DNA from: an uncultured virus (IMG/VR IMGVR_UViG_3300005239_004183)
Lineage: Duplodnaviria > Heunggongvirae > Uroviricota > Caudoviricetes
Reading direction: 5' to 3' (one strand)
DNA: 64,000 nt
Virus record (IMG/VR): IMGVR_UViG_3300005239_004183
In this document: one piece after another, positions 60,901 to 64,000 of the stretch
Layout of the letters: every line of letters begins with the position of its first letter
Position numbering within the stretch: position 1 is the first letter of the stretch
Translations under genes and position numbers: made by a program
The notes under the pieces: generated by a model
The model's input: only the letters and a program-made list of their open reading frames with translations
The model's database searches: none
Told to the model about the DNA's origin: nothing

Positions 60901-62745
60901 AACTTCCACAAATATCCTTTCGGTTTCTGCTGTTGAAATTTTAGCCAACTCACCACCAATTAGTAATCTAAGAATTGTTTTTCTTTGTCTAATGTCATTT
61001 ATGAATCTTAATTCTTCAATAAATCTTCTAATGCTTCGGGGATAATTCCAAATAACAGGATTTTGTGCTAAGGCTCTAAGGATAGCCTCTCCACCCTCTT
61101 CTAAAAGAATACCTACTGTATTATATGAAATCTTAACATCAGAAGCCATCCTCACAAACATAGCCTCTTCATCTTCTAATTCAATTGCTTGTTGCCCACC
61201 TCCTGTTTTCAAACCAATTGAATCATAAGTAATAACAGTCCTTCCTCCAGACTTATCTGAATATCCTTCATATTTATATGGAGTTTTACAAACATCTCCC
61301 TCTCCTTGTCCGTATCTGTAAAATCCATTTTCTTTTAAAAGCATACCTAATGCTTTAATCATATTAAGACCCCAAGGAGCCTTTTTACCGGGTGAACCAT
61401 CTGGTTTAGTATAATATGTATCATATTCCACTCCAATATCGGGTCCATCATCTTTACCACCAACAATACCATTGCCCCACCGCATTATAATCCTACCATT
61501 TGCCTCATAATTATACAGGGGGTCAATATCAACTCTTTTAATATTACCATTTTCATCAGTAGCGTGTTTAACATCTTTAGGCTTATAAATCCAAATCATA
61601 GCATTACCATGTTTAATATCTGACCATGCACCTGACCGATAACCACCATACATAGATTCACAAGATGTAGTATCCCAACACCTTCCTGTTGATTTAGTTA
61701 GGGCGTGAAGCGGTTGCTGACTAATTTGAACAATATATTTACCACCCTTTCCTTTTGGCCATCTTGAACCTGCCTTTGTTTTCCCCGATGGGGGTTTATA
61801 GGCTCTCAAAAGAGTTTTAGAGTTGTCGTCTTTTACTCTTGCGATAATTTCTGAAACTCCAATAGTTTTAGCAACTTCTCTCAAGGAACCCTCACTCATT
61901 AAGTTATCTAAATTAGCATCGGGCAATGTTGCTAATTTTTTATTCAAACCATCAAGGTTTCCCTCACTTATTTCTTCTTCAATGTTGGCAAGGACAGGAA
62001 TCGCTATGTTTCTAACCTCTTGGAAACTCTTTCTTAGAGGGGCGTAAGTAGCCATAACTTTACCAAGTATGGCCTTCTCATTAGGAATATTTGCCTTACC
62101 ACTATCTAAAATTGTTTGTCTTAGGAATTTATCTAAAAGTTTCTTTGTTTCTTTAGCATCAATAACTCTTTCCATTTCCATCACAGTATAGTGGACTTTA
62201 TCTGTTCTATCAATACCAAATGGAAAACTATATTCAACCCCTTCCATTTTACCCGTTGAAGGGCTAACTCTCGTTTTAGCAGGTTTTCCGGTGGATGGGT
62301 CATTGTTTTTCAAAAATTCATCATTATTTAATACTTCTGTAAATGACCCTAACATTTCAAGTCTTTTCATAATTACCTTTTCATCAGTAATATTAACTTC
62401 ATAAAATCCTGCAATTTTCTCAAAAACAGTCCAACCAGCATTCCCAGATTTGTTTTTAACAAATCTATTTTTACAAGCACCAAACAAGTTTTCAACAATG
62501 TCCTCCCTTAAAGGGACAGTTTCAGTATCTCTTGAATACCCGTGATTGTAAATATTTGAATGTTTATTGTGTTTAAAGTTTCTAAACTCTTTCTTGATTT
62601 CATTAGCCCACCACCGAGCCTTTTCTTCTGCTGGTGATTTGGCAGTTAATCCCGAAGATTTAGGAAACTCATAAGCAGGATTGTCTGGATATAGAGTAGT
62701 ATCTCTTTGAATTAACCTTTGAGTTATCTTCCCTTTTCCAGCCAT
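57964..62745 (-). CDS. Very large hypothetical protein with helical xxxNP repeats
   Basis: About 1590-aa open frame; ALAQNP, FTQNPS, LFSNP, MLSNPS; TATA at 62768-62775. Confidence 0.75.
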   Translation of the reverse strand: MAGKGKITQRLIQRDTTLYPDNPAYEFPKSSGLTAKSPAEEKARWWANEIKKEFRNFKHNKHSNIYNHGYSRDTETVPLREDIVENLFGACKNRFVKNKSGNAGWTVFEKIAGFYEVNITDEKVIMKRLEMLGSFTEVLNNDEFLKNNDPSTGKPAKTRVSPSTGKMEGVEYSFPFGIDRTDKVHYTVMEMERVIDAKETKKLLDKFLRQTILDSGKANIPNEKAILGKVMATYAPLRKSFQEVRNIAIPVLANIEEEISEGNLDGLNKKLATLPDANLDNLMSEGSLREVAKTIGVSEIIARVKDDNSKTLLRAYKPPSGKTKAGSRWPKGKGGKYIVQISQQPLHALTKSTGRCWDTTSCESMYGGYRSGAWSDIKHGNAMIWIYKPKDVKHATDENGNIKRVDIDPLYNYEANGRIIMRWGNGIVGGKDDGPDIGVEYDTYYTKPDGSPGKKAPWGLNMIKALGMLLKENGFYRYGQGEGDVCKTPYKYEGYSDKSGGRTVITYDSIGLKTGGGQQAIELEDEEAMFVRMASDVKISYNTVGILLEEGGEAILRALAQNPVIWNYPRSIRRFIEELRFINDIRQRKTILRLLIGGELAKISTAETERIFVEVAENIAFYDDKYDDYASYKNDDSLVRDLLTHPNSSTNIHLTLFSNHKGFKVGDNGAGIRTNQKIGSIIEIHYLSLLGRLENNSDYNSLKSKRMVCNAPTPILQKIVKNMIKGPHNCMYFKKTKANIERLIARDNLRRRAYLGKSSLGSVQRKTLKTGMRTTTINQQVVIQEWISAMRRILFSPNLTQKDYLLLLKSFRDYVWSDDLFNEYRTHHGKDYSHFRLWINGQSPTHKRQTQIASTFRQQLIQLMNDIEMSICIPIQNATDYGIGQKTIKGGYLGLQNIPYLESESNFDRQTVEAIKYALDSGCNKMVQPYQTNKETLDIETPIYPSSALWENVRSVSVFNWLYTNCGVITDKVIKSYDVEAYGLPFKQFLFKTINREDINLSERDMYITEKRFTETLKRLPRDSMEQLLTYDFINQHGSMEERDVVPPAAMRYILNNQELLWGLGWREVASWIIEPKAFIFFENLIMQTALKGLYKKGIRKPVFSKLPAKMSERYKLLNENTEYIYILNQVARGFSKNIYTPQSLQMRLMLPATIGSYGMKWSLISETYEGDYDEVLNIVINNFTQNPSLSVAGWKYLFQEYPEKREILFSNPCLSDVIDSGFEWKQYINQYHIQMLSNPSLSIAQNDIIINTILDILSINVNQDVNRIDRLHGDANFYSTLSMNTPKNVRDYIQSVINNNGDWLEYWRGGTYKGAMKLPVNNSMFYNKDGQREAIADKALPVLDRPHYILKFDIDESEKIKMVQEDYEEDGEILQREVEKRIKRNEITSSELLFVQSIVKKRKYYTVKGIEITWDGETGVKNTKQFQKSTTLEELYSFIPESQRSETKLNFKGTPAKWDTGMVLVMADSETFQGQKEIPAWRNTWDENNMXXXXXXXRQLNMGYIQQIQYWILNGYGHLLATPEKQIDISYVYFMIDWPYANNDTKRLAASIRDRRLEEFLIYQDRYGAGADGDEIVEAETYDRILDIVKGW

Positions 62746-62767
62746 GTTTTTAATTTTCAAGAACGGA

Positions 62768-62779
62768 TATATAAAGATT
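62768..62779 (-). promoter_or_regulatory. Archaeal-type TATA promoter AATCTTTATATA
   Basis: Ends 22 nt before ATG at 62745. Confidence 0.75.
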
Positions 62780-63674
62780 ATGATAATTATGGAGGAAGTT
62801 TTAACTAACCTCTTTCAATTATTGATTATCTCTTATGTTTGCCATCTGATACAAATTAGGTGTTAAATTATCTCCACCCTNNNNNNNNNNNNNNNNNNNN
62901 NNNNNNNNNNNNNNNNNNNNNNNNNNNNNNNNNNNNNNNNNNNNNNNNNNNNNNNNNNNNNNNNNNNNNNNNNNNNNNNNNNNNNNNNNNNNNNNNNNNN
63001 NNNNNNNNNNNNNNNNNNNNNNNNNNNNNNNNNNNNNNNNNNNNNNNNNNNNNNNNNNNNNNNNNNNNNNNNNNNNNNNNNNNNNNNNNNNNNNNNNNNN
63101 NNNNNNNNNNNNNNNNNNNNNNNNNNNNNNNNNNNNNNNNNNNNNNNNNNNNNNNNNNNNNNNNNNNNNNNNNNNNNNNNNNNNNNNNNNNNNNNNNNNN
63201 NNNNNNNNNNNNNNNNNNNNNNNNNNNNNNNNNNNNNNNNNNNNNNNNNNNNNNNNNNNNNNNNNNNNNNNNNNNNNNNNNNNNNNNNNNNNNNNNNNNN
63301 NNNNNNNNNNNNNNNNNNNNNNNNNNNNNNNNNNNNNNNNNNNNNNNNNNNNNNNNNNNNNNNNNNNNNNNNNNNNNNNNNNNNNNNNNNNNNNNNNNNN
63401 NNNNNNNNNNNNNNNNNNNNNNNNNNNNNNNNNNNNNNNNNNNNNNNNNNNNNNNNNNNNNNNNNNNNNNNNNNNNNNNNNNNNNNNNNNNNNNNNNNNN
63501 NNNNNNNNNNNNNNNNNNNNNNNNNNNNNNNNNNNNNNNNNNNNNNNNNNNNNNNNNNNNNNNNNNNNNNNNNNNNNNNNNNNNNNNNNNNNNNNNNNNN
63601 NNNNNNNNNNNNNNNNNNNNNNNNNNNNNNNNNNNNNNNNNNNNNNNNNNNNNNNNNNNNNNNNNNNNNNNNNN

Positions 63675-64000
63675 TGGAGGTAAAAATATGTTCAGCACAA
63701 GCATCCCACAAAGAAGGAGTCCATAAGTAAATAGGTTCTTGTGATAAATTATAAATAATATCAGATATTCCATAAGTAGCCAATTGTTTTGAAACACCTG
63801 CTTCATTCGGCTTTCCTCTAATTATGTGTGTGCCACTCTCCGCCATTTCATTAATTTTATTTAGAATGGCTTTTCCTTCACTTCTTTGAACAAATGCTTG
63901 CATCAAGTGGTGTGATTTTTCTTGCAACCAAGCATATCTCCAATCGGGATATTCTGCTTGATTTGCTAATTTTTCAAACTCGGAATCTTGAAGAACGAAC
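63675..64000 (-). CDS. Partial hypothetical protein (runs off window, ends in gap)
   Basis: Open frame between window edge and N gap. Confidence 0.5.

Noticed and set aside
31594..63674. Long ORFs consisting mostly of X
   Set aside because: Artefacts of N gaps; frame continuity across gaps is not established
1..64000. CRISPR array, integrase, transposase, rRNA
   Set aside because: No repeat-spacer periodicity or recognisable motifs found; all repeats seen are coding

Overview
AT-rich, gene-dense scaffold with several N gaps and local indel-type errors. Almost all genes are on the minus strand. Expression signals are archaeal: TTTATATA/TTTAAGTA boxes ending 22 nt before many ATGs, and GGTGA/GGAG Shine-Dalgarno sites inside operons. 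There are no cellular housekeeping operons and most ORFs are unrecognisable, so this is most likely part of a large archaeal virus or extrachromosomal element (inference; the host is not determinable here). Recognisable parts are an AAA+ ATPase, a HerA/FtsK-like ATPase, an ArsA/Get3-family ATPase, a class II ribonucleotide reductase, a class II CCA-adding/poly(A) polymerase-like enzyme, a truncated archaeal-type GluRS domain, a PD-(D/E)xK nuclease, a GNAT, Lys-rich histone-like proteins, Ca-binding repeat surface proteins and five tRNA genes (one atypical). Three things stand out. (1) A tandem family of seven beta-rich paralog ORFs of two alternating subtypes, candidate capsid proteins. (2) A recurring hydrophobic-x-Ala-Glu motif marking module boundaries in many unrelated proteins, a candidate maturation-protease site. 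(3) About ten tail-anchored membrane proteins encoded alongside a Get3-like ATPase. All family assignments come from motif recognition by eye; no database search was run.
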